A stretch of 64,000 bases of DNA from an uncultured virus (IMG/VR IMGVR_UViG_3300015371_000018) (taxonomy: Duplodnaviria > Heunggongvirae > Uroviricota > Caudoviricetes). Of this stretch, positions 56,207 to 64,000 are shown in pieces. The translations under genes were made by a program, and so were the position numbers. The notes beneath the pieces are model-generated. The model had not been told where the DNA came from. It did no database searches and saw only the letters and a list, made by a program, of their open reading frames with translations. Numbering within the stretch: position 1 is the first letter of the stretch; every line of letters starts with the position of its first letter. The stretch lies in the IMG/VR virus record IMGVR_UViG_3300015371_000018; one strand, given 5' to 3'.

Positions 56207-56803
56207 CTAAAAACTCGGCTGCTTGTAGCTCTTAATTAAATAGCGAATGCGCGCTGCCCGCCACCACCACTTTTCCCCGTGGCCGCCAGGCTCCCAATCA
56301 AAAGGAGGCGATTGCTGAACTATTTGAGGGTTGGATACCCCGCGTAGCTTCGCCGACAGCTTCCTGTCGCTCGAAATTAATAGATCGAGCGCTTCGGCTG
56401 TCCTTACCGCGCGCCAATAAGTGTAATTTGCCCCCTCGGTTGAATCAGCCTTGACCAGTGCATGAATGTCTACAGCATTTTGTAAAACATCGTACTGATC
56501 AATGGACGGGTCTTCGGGATCAGGTTGCGTGGTGTCAGGAATCACGCAGACGTTTGGGTAATGAGTCGTTGGAAGATCTTCTTGGACTAAAGAAGGAATA
56601 TCACCAGTAACTATATTCTCTGGCAATACATGCTCGACTAGATGATTTACAATTGGAATTCCTAAACGAGTAGCACGAGCACTATCCCGTGCATCCCATA
56701 TCGGTTGCAATTCATCTATCTTGTCATTAATTCCTTCGGCTATAGCGAAAATTATTTCGTCTATAACCTGCTCTAATCCGATTCCATCTTGCAACGTGGG
56801 CAT
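56207..56803 (-). CDS. putative tail terminator protein
   Basis: synteny; YP.VCV pattern. Confidence 0.55.
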   Translation of the reverse strand: MPTLQDGIGLEQVIDEIIFAIAEGINDKIDELQPIWDARDSARATRLGIPIVNHLVEHVLPENIVTGDIPSLVQEDLPTTHYPNVCVIPDTTQPDPEDPSIDQYDVLQNAVDIHALVKADSTEGANYTYWRAVRTAEALDLLISSDRKLSAKLRGVSNPQIVQQSPPFDWEPGGHGEKWWWRAARIRYLIKSYKQPSF

Positions 56804-57315
56804 TATTGAGGCACCTCTGTCGGATCTGCATAGGGGCGCTCAAAGTCATACGGGTTAGGCGTCGTGTGTCCACTATCCAGAAGCGCTACCTGGGGGACAC
56901 TTCCATGATGAGTACGCCTAACGGGAAGCAACTGTTCGACTTCCGGCCAAAGTTCTGCCTTTTTATCAACGAGTAATTTCCTTAATTCTCGAAGCTCAGC
57001 AGCGCGATTGGCCCAGGTCTTTACTTCTTCCCTACCACGAGCCGCAGTAGAAAGTGTCGCTTCGTTTGCCCAATAATCAAGCCCCGGAGTTACTACCTCA
57101 AGGGCTAAACAAATACCTGCATATTCCTTAACAAGGGGATCTAATTGGCTTTCTTCGGTGTCAGTGAGATTGATATCACCGAATAAACTCAGAGCTACGT
57201 TGTCACGAAGCTGCTGTAGATAATCGGTGCCGTAGAAGGAAGCGCTTTCTAGAGCACGCCAAGTCGAGGGCAAATAAGCCCTGGCATTCTTGGCAATTAT
57301 TCCTTCTACTGGCAC
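56803..57315 (-). CDS. putative head-tail adaptor
   Basis: synteny; helical protein after the capsid genes. Confidence 0.55.
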   Translation of the reverse strand: MPVEGIIAKNARAYLPSTWRALESASFYGTDYLQQLRDNVALSLFGDINLTDTEESQLDPLVKEYAGICLALEVVTPGLDYWANEATLSTAARGREEVKTWANRAAELRELRKLLVDKKAELWPEVEQLLPVRRTHHGSVPQVALLDSGHTTPNPYDFERPYADPTEVPQ

Positions 57316-57344
57316 CGATTAACCTTTCCCCCTTGCTCCGCGAA

Positions 57345-58064
57345 TTAATTGTCCGCGGAGTCGCCAGACGAGGACTCCCCATCCCCGCCAGCTTTACGGC
57401 CACGCGACGATCCGCCAGAGCTAGAGCGCGTGCGACGGCCACGCCGCTTAGCACTCTTCTTTGGCTTATCCTCTTCGGATTCTCCGTAGGGGACTTGTGG
57501 ATCGCCAGTGCCGGTATAGCCCTCGCCTGCCTCAACTTCCGTATCGGTCACGCGGCGAGTTTTAATTCGGCTGACGGCCTTATCTTCACCTTCTCCGTCT
57601 TCAACGTCGGAGCCAACGTTGCCATCCACAAAATCATCGTTATTAATTCCATAGCCGATGTTGTAGGTGACAATGCTGTCGCGGTTTTCGTTCTGCCTCT
57701 CGTAGGTCTGAATTGCAACAACCGTAGGAGATGGCAGCACGCGCATGGCGTCGAGAATATCTTCCTCGTCCATGTCATCGTAACCGTCGAATGGCAGACC
57801 AAGGCGAACAGCCAGATTCTCGTGAGCATCGCCCGAGCCGAGCTTGAGCTTTTTGCTTAAAGAATCATGGTTGCGGTGGTCACTGTCTTCAAGAGCCTCA
57901 AGGACCGGTGGCGAAACCTCGTCAGTCGGAACCTTGTCTCCCTTGAAATAAGTAGTGCCGACTTGCTGGTGATAAGTATTACCATCATCCTGAGTCAGTG
58001 TACGCACCGACTTAGGGATAGTAATTTCATCAACCAGCACTTCGACAACTTTACCCTTAGCCAT
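57345..58064 (-). CDS. capsid-adjacent protein with PFDGYD..YE...NR helical domain and basic tail
   Basis: GGAGG RBS; shares a motif with 19704-21194. Confidence 0.65.
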   Translation of the reverse strand: MAKGKVVEVLVDEITIPKSVRTLTQDDGNTYHQQVGTTYFKGDKVPTDEVSPPVLEALEDSDHRNHDSLSKKLKLGSGDAHENLAVRLGLPFDGYDDMDEEDILDAMRVLPSPTVVAIQTYERQNENRDSIVTYNIGYGINNDDFVDGNVGSDVEDGEGEDKAVSRIKTRRVTDTEVEAGEGYTGTGDPQVPYGESEEDKPKKSAKRRGRRTRSSSGGSSRGRKAGGDGESSSGDSADN

Positions 58065-58081
58065 TAATTAATTCACCTCCC

Positions 58082-59143
58082 CTACGGCAGAATGTCGGCG
58101 TAAAGGAAAGCCTCCGGCCGACGCAGGCGGACAATTCGACGGGACGCCTGACGCAGCATGCGCTGGTAGGCACCCTCGCCCTTCATGATCACTTCCGACT
58201 GCGGACCCTTCAGCAGAGCGGTGGTGTTGTAGCCCGTGGCAATTTCCACATCACCGTTCGGCGTATCAGCAATCGGAACTCCATCCAGCGTGTAGGCGGT
58301 CGTAACTAATACCTTGCCCACAGGCAGGTAGCGCGTGTGATCGGCGGGAGCCTTAGCGGCACCAACCGACTCGGCGCGATACGCAGCGTCCTGCTGCACG
58401 ATGGAGCTACCCGGCGGCAGAAGACGTTCAACATCTTCCTGAGTCGGGAGGAACGGCTGCCCAGCCTCAACATTAAAGTAAAGGCGGAGCTTTTCGTTAT
58501 TAATTACATTCTCAAGGTCATCACCAGTCATATGGAAAATCGTGCCTGGCGTGCCACTTGAATTACCGATCTGCCTCGACCAAGCGCGCATATCTGCAAC
58601 CGGGTCGGAGTCAGTTAAATCGTCCCAGCCTGTAGTCACGGTCGGCTTGTGACCGGACGGCAGCGGGTAATCAATAACGAGAGCGGTATTGCGCTCCTGA
58701 TACTCAATGGTTAATTGGCCACTAAATGCCTGCCAACGCATCCATTCAGTCAGGCGCTCATTACGACGCTCAAGGATCTGGCCGATTTCAATGAGGCGGC
58801 GGGCTTCTTTCGAAACAACCGCTTCGTCCGTCGAATTAAGCCGCTCCCACCTAATTGGAGAAATGCGGTGCATTTCGTCCAGGTGCGCAAGCTCAATGAC
58901 TTCCTCGCGCTCTTCTCGACCAGTGATATCCATCAGGGGCGGCGTTGCTTCCGGTGCCCTGAATTGACCAATACCGAATGCATGCAGGTCTTCGACTCGC
59001 ATAGAAACGTACTGGCCGTCGATATCTTGAATAGGAGCGATCTGATCCCCAAGCCGGGGAGCAGTCTCCATCTCAGTCTCAAGCGGACCAACAATTGCGT
59101 CGGTCAGGTTGGACTGTTCGAGAATATCGTCAATAAATGCCAT
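58082..59143 (-). CDS. major capsid protein (lambda gpE-like HK97 fold)
   Basis: R.E.MRWQA.SG, IDY.LP..HK, W.D...DP.AD motifs; follows the decoration gene. Confidence 0.9.
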   Translation of the reverse strand: MAFIDDILEQSNLTDAIVGPLETEMETAPRLGDQIAPIQDIDGQYVSMRVEDLHAFGIGQFRAPEATPPLMDITGREEREEVIELAHLDEMHRISPIRWERLNSTDEAVVSKEARRLIEIGQILERRNERLTEWMRWQAFSGQLTIEYQERNTALVIDYPLPSGHKPTVTTGWDDLTDSDPVADMRAWSRQIGNSSGTPGTIFHMTGDDLENVINNEKLRLYFNVEAGQPFLPTQEDVERLLPPGSSIVQQDAAYRAESVGAAKAPADHTRYLPVGKVLVTTAYTLDGVPIADTPNGDVEIATGYNTTALLKGPQSEVIMKGEGAYQRMLRQASRRIVRLRRPEAFLYADILP

Positions 59144-59163
59144 ATCGGGAATTCACCTCCCCT

Positions 59164-59544
59164 CTACTGGAATAAGCACGTGGGCAGATCTGTACGAATA
59201 TCTGTACCAAGCGTGCCATAGTCAACAATACGGTTCGCACGGAAAACCTCTCCGTGGAATGCAAGCGCAGCCGGAAGGTCGGAAGCAGAGGTACCGTCAG
59301 GAACCTCAACATCGTGAGCGAGAATACCCGCGCACGTTTCCGTACCAACAGTCATACGCTTAAACTGGTTCGTCACTCCATCTTTAGTTAATGGAGTACC
59401 GGCGACCAGCTTGCGAACGCCTGAAACCGCAGTAATTGCGGTCGCATCGATCACGATTGAATCAAAGCCCTGAGCATTCGGTGGCTTCTTGAAAATCTCA
59501 AGGCTAGGAGTAACAACACGCGAAGTGCGAATATTCCATGCCAT
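59164..59544 (-). CDS. head decoration protein
   Basis: L.AGTPL...GIL..DV pattern between scaffold and capsid genes. Confidence 0.8.
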   Translation of the reverse strand: MAWNIRTSRVVTPSLEIFKKPPNAQGFDSIVIDATAITAVSGVRKLVAGTPLTKDGVTNQFKRMTVGTETCAGILAHDVEVPDGTSASDLPAALAFHGEVFRANRIVDYGTLGTDIRTDLPTCLFQ

Positions 59545-60089
59545 TAGGCGTCTTCACCTCCCCGGCCCTTGCGAGTGATCGGACGGCCAATAAGCTTCGA
59601 AGCGCGCTTACGCGATTCAGCCTTAGCCTTTTCTTCGTCCGCTCCCTCTTCTTCCTCGGGCTTTTCCTCAATGTCATCCGAAGCAAGGATCTGGTCGCTG
59701 AGCGCCAGCTTGCCATCGTCATCACGAGGAATCAAGGAAATGAATTTACGGAGCACATCGGCCGTGGAGACTTCCTCACGGGATTTAGCTCCAATTTGTT
59801 CATCCTTGTCAAGCTCAAGATCACCATCGCTGAGCAGGACGATACCCGGCTCCTGATCATCCGAGAGAAAAACTCGACGCGCATACTTGAGCATCCCTGG
59901 TTGATCGGAAAAACCGAGCTTGCCTAATTCCTCAATTTCCTTATCGACGGCTGCCCTCCGCGCCTGAGCGGCGGAAAGACGCTGAGCCTCCTGAAGAGGG
60001 GTTAATTCCTCATCATGCCCCTGACGAAGCTGTTCCTTCTGCTCGTCAGTAAGCTCAAGAGCGTCGAGGGTTTCAAGAAATCCGGCCAT
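59544..60089 (-). CDS. putative capsid scaffolding protein
   Basis: acidic and helical; between protease and decoration genes. Confidence 0.6.
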   Translation of the reverse strand: MAGFLETLDALELTDEQKEQLRQGHDEELTPLQEAQRLSAAQARRAAVDKEIEELGKLGFSDQPGMLKYARRVFLSDDQEPGIVLLSDGDLELDKDEQIGAKSREEVSTADVLRKFISLIPRDDDGKLALSDQILASDDIEEKPEEEEGADEEKAKAESRKRASKLIGRPITRKGRGGEDA

Positions 60090-60107
60090 TAGCTACACCT
60101 CCTTCAA

Positions 60108-61358
60108 TTAAATAGTGCGGCCCATTAATTGAGCACGTTTGCGGCGAGCCTCAGCAAGAGTCCCACCAACTTTGGGTTTACTGACTGAGGGCTCGCGGGG
60201 CTTATCGCTAAGCTCGAACTTCTTGCCCTCTGAGATTTTATGCCAGTTAGCGGAGGGAGAAATACGGACTTCCTCATCACTTGCATAAAACCGTGCCAGC
60301 CAGGCAGCATCCGTAACCTTGCTGACAATTTTTACGCGGTCATCATGAGTTACATCATCAATTCGATAACCGCTCGCTTCTTTGCCGACGACCGATTCAA
60401 GTGCATCTGTAAGCTTAAGCCTCAGATCATTCGAATAAATAGGATCGTCGTCCGAAGCTGCAACCATCGCCTGATGAACCTCAGTCCATCGGATCGGCGG
60501 TGCAAGCCTCACTTCCCCACCTTCAATGGAGTAGGGAACTATGAAGCGATTAACTTCTCCCTGCCCCTCCTGGGAAATTAATGCAGAATCCTCAGCGATA
60601 TCTTCAACGAAGATCATGAAGGGACTAGGCGCATCGTCTTCTCCACGCTGAGGTTCAAGGATCGACCGAATTTGATCACGACGCCAATTCATAGATTGGG
60701 TTTCATCCCAAACTAATTCGGCCGTCTTGCCGTCCCCTCCACCTTCCTCTTCAGCGAAGGTGTACGCCTCAACATCGATATCTTCTGCATCGATGCCGTC
60801 GCTAGCCGCAATGGCCGGGAACGGATCAAGGTTATTGATAAAAGGAGTGTTGGTCAGACAAACGTGCTTGAGAGCGGCACGGAATTTCTTCGCATCAGCT
60901 TTGCGAGTGAAATTAGTGAAAATACCGCTAGACACATTCGGAATGGTCCCGCGTTCTACCTTGCCTTTTACATCTGGCTCAGTGAACTCAAGACCGGCCT
61001 GCAATACGGTGCGAGGTACACCGCCGATTTGCTTGGTGACCCGGCGAAGTCCTTTTACAAAACCCGTATTGTCAAGTTCTTTGTCTTTGTGGTTGAGCGG
61101 AATAGTTACATGCTCGAACGAGCGATTCTTAAACGAATCCTCGATATCGGCCATGGAGATGATCTTATTGGCCGGATCAGTCTCACCATCCGCTACCACA
61201 GTGAAGGGCTGTTTAATTGCGCCGCCCGGTGTGGGCGTCATCGCAAACGTCCCCTCACGTAAACAATCCTTCCAAATGAGGCCGTTGTCATCAGGTTCCG
61301 AGACAGCGCCATCATCTGAAAGGAATAATTCAAAAAGCTCTATGCGCTCATGCTCCAC
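60108..61358 (-). CDS. capsid maturation protease (Mu protein I-like)
   Basis: PLNH...N.G.V, VS..I, L.HV.LTN.PFI..L.P motif. Confidence 0.8.
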   Translation of the reverse strand: MEHERIELFELFLSDDGAVSEPDDNGLIWKDCLREGTFAMTPTPGGAIKQPFTVVADGETDPANKIISMADIEDSFKNRSFEHVTIPLNHKDKELDNTGFVKGLRRVTKQIGGVPRTVLQAGLEFTEPDVKGKVERGTIPNVSSGIFTNFTRKADAKKFRAALKHVCLTNTPFINNLDPFPAIAASDGIDAEDIDVEAYTFAEEEGGGDGKTAELVWDETQSMNWRRDQIRSILEPQRGEDDAPSPFMIFVEDIAEDSALISQEGQGEVNRFIVPYSIEGGEVRLAPPIRWTEVHQAMVAASDDDPIYSNDLRLKLTDALESVVGKEASGYRIDDVTHDDRVKIVSKVTDAAWLARFYASDEEVRISPSANWHKISEGKKFELSDKPREPSVSKPKVGGTLAEARRKRAQLMGRTI

Positions 61359-61638
61359 TAGCCGCTACCTCCTGAGGCTTCCCATTTGATTGAGGTGGCG
61401 CTAGTACGGAGAGCAACAGGGAGTGATCGCCGGGGGAGAAAATGTGACCGCAGCCTGTCGGCTTGTAGTGCGGGCATTGAAGGATTGGATTTGTCTCCAT
61501 GGCGTACTTCTCGATCTGCTCCAAGCGCTTGTACCACATCAAGTGCCTGGGGATTTCACAATTGGGACAGGTCACCCTGCCACGAGCGTCAATTAGTGAA
61601 GATCCATCAGAGGATTGATTGCCTGTTGCGGCCACCAC
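61348..61638 (-). CDS. zinc-ribbon protein heading the head operon
   Basis: CPNC...CPH....CGH; TAAGCT -10-like hexamer 5 nt upstream of the GTG. Confidence 0.65.
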   Translation of the reverse strand: MVAATGNQSSDGSSLIDARGRVTCPNCEIPRHLMWYKRLEQIEKYAMETNPILQCPHYKPTGCGHIFSPGDHSLLLSVLAPPQSNGKPQEVAASGA

Positions 61639-61708
61639 GGGCTAGCTTACGGCAAATACAGGCAATCAAATGGAAGTCAAGTAACAAAATATAGTAGAAT
61701 TCTGCAAA

Positions 61709-61742
61709 TGTGGCTTGAATAAGCCACAGAACCAGATATGAT
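61709..61742 (+). promoter_or_regulatory. promoter TTGAAT-16-TATGAT with overlapping 8-bp inverted repeat TGTGGCTT-N4-AAGCCACA
   Basis: directly upstream of the only plus-strand gene. Confidence 0.65.
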
Positions 61743-61763
61743 CCCGCTGTGAAAGGAGGAATC

Positions 61764-62000
61764 ATGTCACAGGCACTTGACACCCTCACGATGCTCTCTC
61801 ATGGGCTCATTCGAGCGGAAGTGATGACCGCTGGTAAGCGCTCCATGCTTGAGCAGGCGGCTATTTCGATGGTCCGCGACTCGGGCTACTCGATTGACGA
61901 AGTGTCTGCGGCCTCTGGCCTGACTCCTTCTGAAATCAAGGAATTACTGACTCAGCCGAAGCCCATCGAAAGCCTCGCTGAGCTAATGGGTTTAGTTTAA
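61764..62000 (+). CDS. small HTH DNA-binding protein
   Basis: AGGAGG RBS; SGYSIDEVSAASGLTPSEIKELL HTH; has its own promoter and hairpin. Confidence 0.8.
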   Translation: MSQALDTLTMLSHGLIRAEVMTAGKRSMLEQAAISMVRDSGYSIDEVSAASGLTPSEIKELLTQPKPIESLAELMGLV

Positions 62001-62020
62001 GCGGTTGCCCGTGAAGTGTG

Positions 62021-62047
62021 GAAGGCCTGTCCTAGTGGCGGGTCTTC
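62021..62047 (+). terminator. hairpin after the plus-strand gene
   Basis: GAAGGCCTGTC/GGCGGGTCTTC pairs fully only on the plus strand (G-U pairs). Confidence 0.55.
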
Positions 62048-62051
62048 TGCA

Positions 62052-62273
62052 TTAATAGCCGCCGTTGTAGTGCGACCAGATCCGGGCGCGCTCGTATTCC
62101 TCTTGCTCAGCCTCGGTAAGCGGCGACTTGTGACGCTTGGCGATCCAATACATCAGCGCAGTCCATACGACTCCACCAATGATTAAATGTATAAAAGCTA
62201 CAAGCGTGCTAGTTGCTATCAGCATCAGGTACCCCTCTCGTGGACTTGTCTTCATTCCATTCAAGAGCGCCAC
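62052..62273 (-). CDS. small membrane protein (start may be internal)
   Basis: long hydrophobic segment. Confidence 0.55.
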   Translation of the reverse strand: MALLNGMKTSPREGYLMLIATSTLVAFIHLIIGGVVWTALMYWIAKRHKSPLTEAEQEEYERARIWSHYNGGY

Positions 62274-62457
62274 TGGCGATCACAATGCTGACGAGGTGAG
62301 GGAGAGTCTTCGCGCTCGCGCGGGTGCGAGCTTTGTCTAGTGTCTGCTGCACAGAGCTTTGAGACAAATGCATATGTTCCGCTATCTCAGCGGTCGTTAA
62401 GCCATTGGCCACATGCACGACCATCTCAAGCTGGCGGAACGTGAGCATTTCGTTCAA
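62209..62457 (-). CDS. stand-alone LuxR-family HTH regulator
   Basis: LT.RQ.E....VA.G.TT.EIA..M.LS..SV.......R. Confidence 0.85.
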   Translation of the reverse strand: MNEMLTFRQLEMVVHVANGLTTAEIAEHMHLSQSSVQQTLDKARTRASAKTLPHLVSIVIASGALEWNEDKSTRGVPDADSN

Positions 62458-62761
62458 AAATCTTTCTGGCTATATACGCCGATTCTTCTTTTATATCCTG
62501 CACGATTCTGATCATCACACGGTTGGTTGCATCGGAGACTGCACCGTGGGAATCCTTCTCGTGACCGATCATGCGCCTACAACGTGCTCGCTTGCCACGT
62601 AACTGTTGAAGCCTATCCGTGGTGTAATTAATGTCGCGCTCCATGCGACACATATTGCACCGAATAAATTCCCGCTTAATTCCCTCGCCCATGTCTTCTG
62701 TGCGGAGAGGGAAACGCTGTTTAGATCCGCAGCGCGGGCAACTAGTCTTCGGCTGCTTCAT
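62426..62761 (-). CDS. zinc-ribbon protein
   Basis: CPRC...CNMC followed by a helical tail. Confidence 0.6.
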   Translation of the reverse strand: MKQPKTSCPRCGSKQRFPLRTEDMGEGIKREFIRCNMCRMERDINYTTDRLQQLRGKRARCRRMIGHEKDSHGAVSDATNRVMIRIVQDIKEESAYIARKIFERNAHVPPA

Positions 62762-63026
62762 AGGTTCCTGACTCGAAACACCAAATCAGCATCCCAAGCC
62801 ATTCCTCATCTTCAAGGTTCTTTGGCAAATAAATAGAGCAATCTGCCAGACCTTCATCGGTAGCGATTATGATTCTCGCTTCCGACCAGTTGTCAGGATT
62901 ATTAAATTCGCAGGCTGCCTCGACTTCGGCCCATCGGTCGAAAACAAAATCCCTAAGAGCCACGGAATTGGAGGCGGCGGCGCGGTGGCGAGCTTCACAA
63001 TCCTCCCACAAAGCAAAGTCGATCAC
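62742..63026 (-). CDS. hypothetical protein
   Basis: GTGA overlap with upstream stop; GGAG-type RBS. Confidence 0.55.
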   Translation of the reverse strand: MIDFALWEDCEARHRAAASNSVALRDFVFDRWAEVEAACEFNNPDNWSEARIIIATDEGLADCSIYLPKNLEDEEWLGMLIWCFESGTYEAAED

Positions 63027-63994
63027 CTCTTCCTCTCCTTCTTTATGTCGCGTATCAGGCGTGCCATTGCATCCAGCGTTTGCGTGTTGGCAGCCTTCAT
63101 TCTACCGCGCATCAGATCCTTCGTGGAGAGGCCGAATTCTTCCCTGGTTTGGTCGAGCTTGATTAATTCTTCATCCTCTTGCTTCTTAACCTCTTCCCAA
63201 GCCTCATAATCAAAGAATTCGTCCAGCGCTTCCTTGTAAAGACCGCGCATAGTTTCAGGTGGAAGTGCATCTAATTCAACCTGCATTAGCTCGCCATATT
63301 GAGCCATGAAGCTTTCTGCTCGTGAATCCCACTCTTTACCAGGCAACGGAGGTAAATTATATTTCTCAAGCTGGTCTTCTCTTAACGCGACTCGCCTAAC
63401 ATCAGTGAAAATACCCGTGCGATCCAAAAAATCACGGTCGATATCCACTCCGCTTGGATCAAAGTCGCCAGCGTAGAGCAGAACACTGTTGCGGCCTTGA
63501 TTAATTACGTCATCCGCGACAACATCAACAAAAGTTTGCGACGAATAACCTCCGAGCGCCAGGATAGGTAAACCATAATCACCAAACCAATCTTGTAGCT
63601 GGACAACCATACCGTGCTTTTCAACGCCGAGATAAACAGACCATTCTTGATTTTCTGTTCGATCACGACGATAGATTTTCCAAAGCCAGTACAGCGCATC
63701 GTTAGGGTCATCAAATGATTGATTAACTTCAATGGCGCGTGTTCTATCGATGAGCGATGGAAACCATCCCTCTCGGCGAGCCTCTGCGGTTTTGCGAGAC
63801 AAAACCTTGTACGCGCTCACGGAGTTAGGAATCATCTGCTCCGAAACAAGCCTGTAGAAAAGCTGGCGCAGCGTCACGCCAGTATCGTAGGACTTGACAA
63901 TCGCGCTGGCCGACAGCAGCACGTTCTGCCAATTAATTTGCGTATTCGCCTTGGTCGGCATAGTGCTCGCCAACTGCTTTCGTAAGAGCGCCAA
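63023..63994 (-). CDS. Topo VI-A/Spo11-like wHTH plus Toprim domain protein
   Basis: TLRQLFYRLV wHTH with Tyr; VEK, GGY.S and GDFDPSG (DxD) Toprim motifs. Confidence 0.8.
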   Translation of the reverse strand: MALLRKQLASTMPTKANTQINWQNVLLSASAIVKSYDTGVTLRQLFYRLVSEQMIPNSVSAYKVLSRKTAEARREGWFPSLIDRTRAIEVNQSFDDPNDALYWLWKIYRRDRTENQEWSVYLGVEKHGMVVQLQDWFGDYGLPILALGGYSSQTFVDVVADDVINQGRNSVLLYAGDFDPSGVDIDRDFLDRTGIFTDVRRVALREDQLEKYNLPPLPGKEWDSRAESFMAQYGELMQVELDALPPETMRGLYKEALDEFFDYEAWEEVKKQEDEELIKLDQTREEFGLSTKDLMRGRMKAANTQTLDAMARLIRDIKKERKR

Positions 63995-64000
63995 TCACGA

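Noticed and set aside
619..63985. Numerous plus-strand ORFs in the track (for example 24876-25445, 57333-57860, 60727-61389)
   Set aside because: They are antisense shadows of well-supported minus-strand genes with no RBS or recognisable motifs; only 61764-62000 has promoter, RBS and hairpin support.
1..64000. Stop-codon reassignment or a Z-base/hypermodified DNA pathway
   Set aside because: Long genes are intact in code 11 and all three stop codons end genes; no PurZ or 7-deazaguanine genes were seen, and the lone Nmad1-like gene is insufficient evidence.

Overview
The window is a 64-kb segment of a tailed dsDNA phage genome with siphovirus-type architecture and a very long tape measure protein (2484 aa). 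Genes are tightly packed and nearly all lie on the minus strand; only one credible plus-strand gene was found (61764-62000). Read in the transcription direction (high to low coordinates), the order is: Toprim, LuxR and small genes; head (Mu-I-like protease, scaffold, decoration, major capsid); neck and tail (major tail protein, chaperone with a -1 frameshift, tape measure, Dit, Tal-like, collar fibre); five membrane proteins; SF2 helicase, collagen-like protein and RNase H embedded in structured spacers; replication and recombination (DnaB, SLOG, NADAR, DnaG, SSB, AT-hook protein, DnaE, RecA, Cas4-like nuclease, acidic UvsY-like protein, RuvC); packaging (TerS, TerL, portal-MuF fusion); Ig-like virion proteins; lysis; small genes, a GT34 glycosyltransferase and a second fibre. 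Several host-like genes suggest an actinobacterial host, probably Thermoleophilia (inference). No integrase, tRNA or CRISPR array was seen. The most notable observations are a shared NP[W/F] motif plus basic tails on replication proteins alongside a polyacidic protein and a five-AT-hook protein, a set of promoter-delimited structured RNA candidates around RNase H, and a tape measure protein carrying peptidase, lysozyme-like and SGNH esterase domains. All family assignments come from motif recognition by eye; no database search was run.
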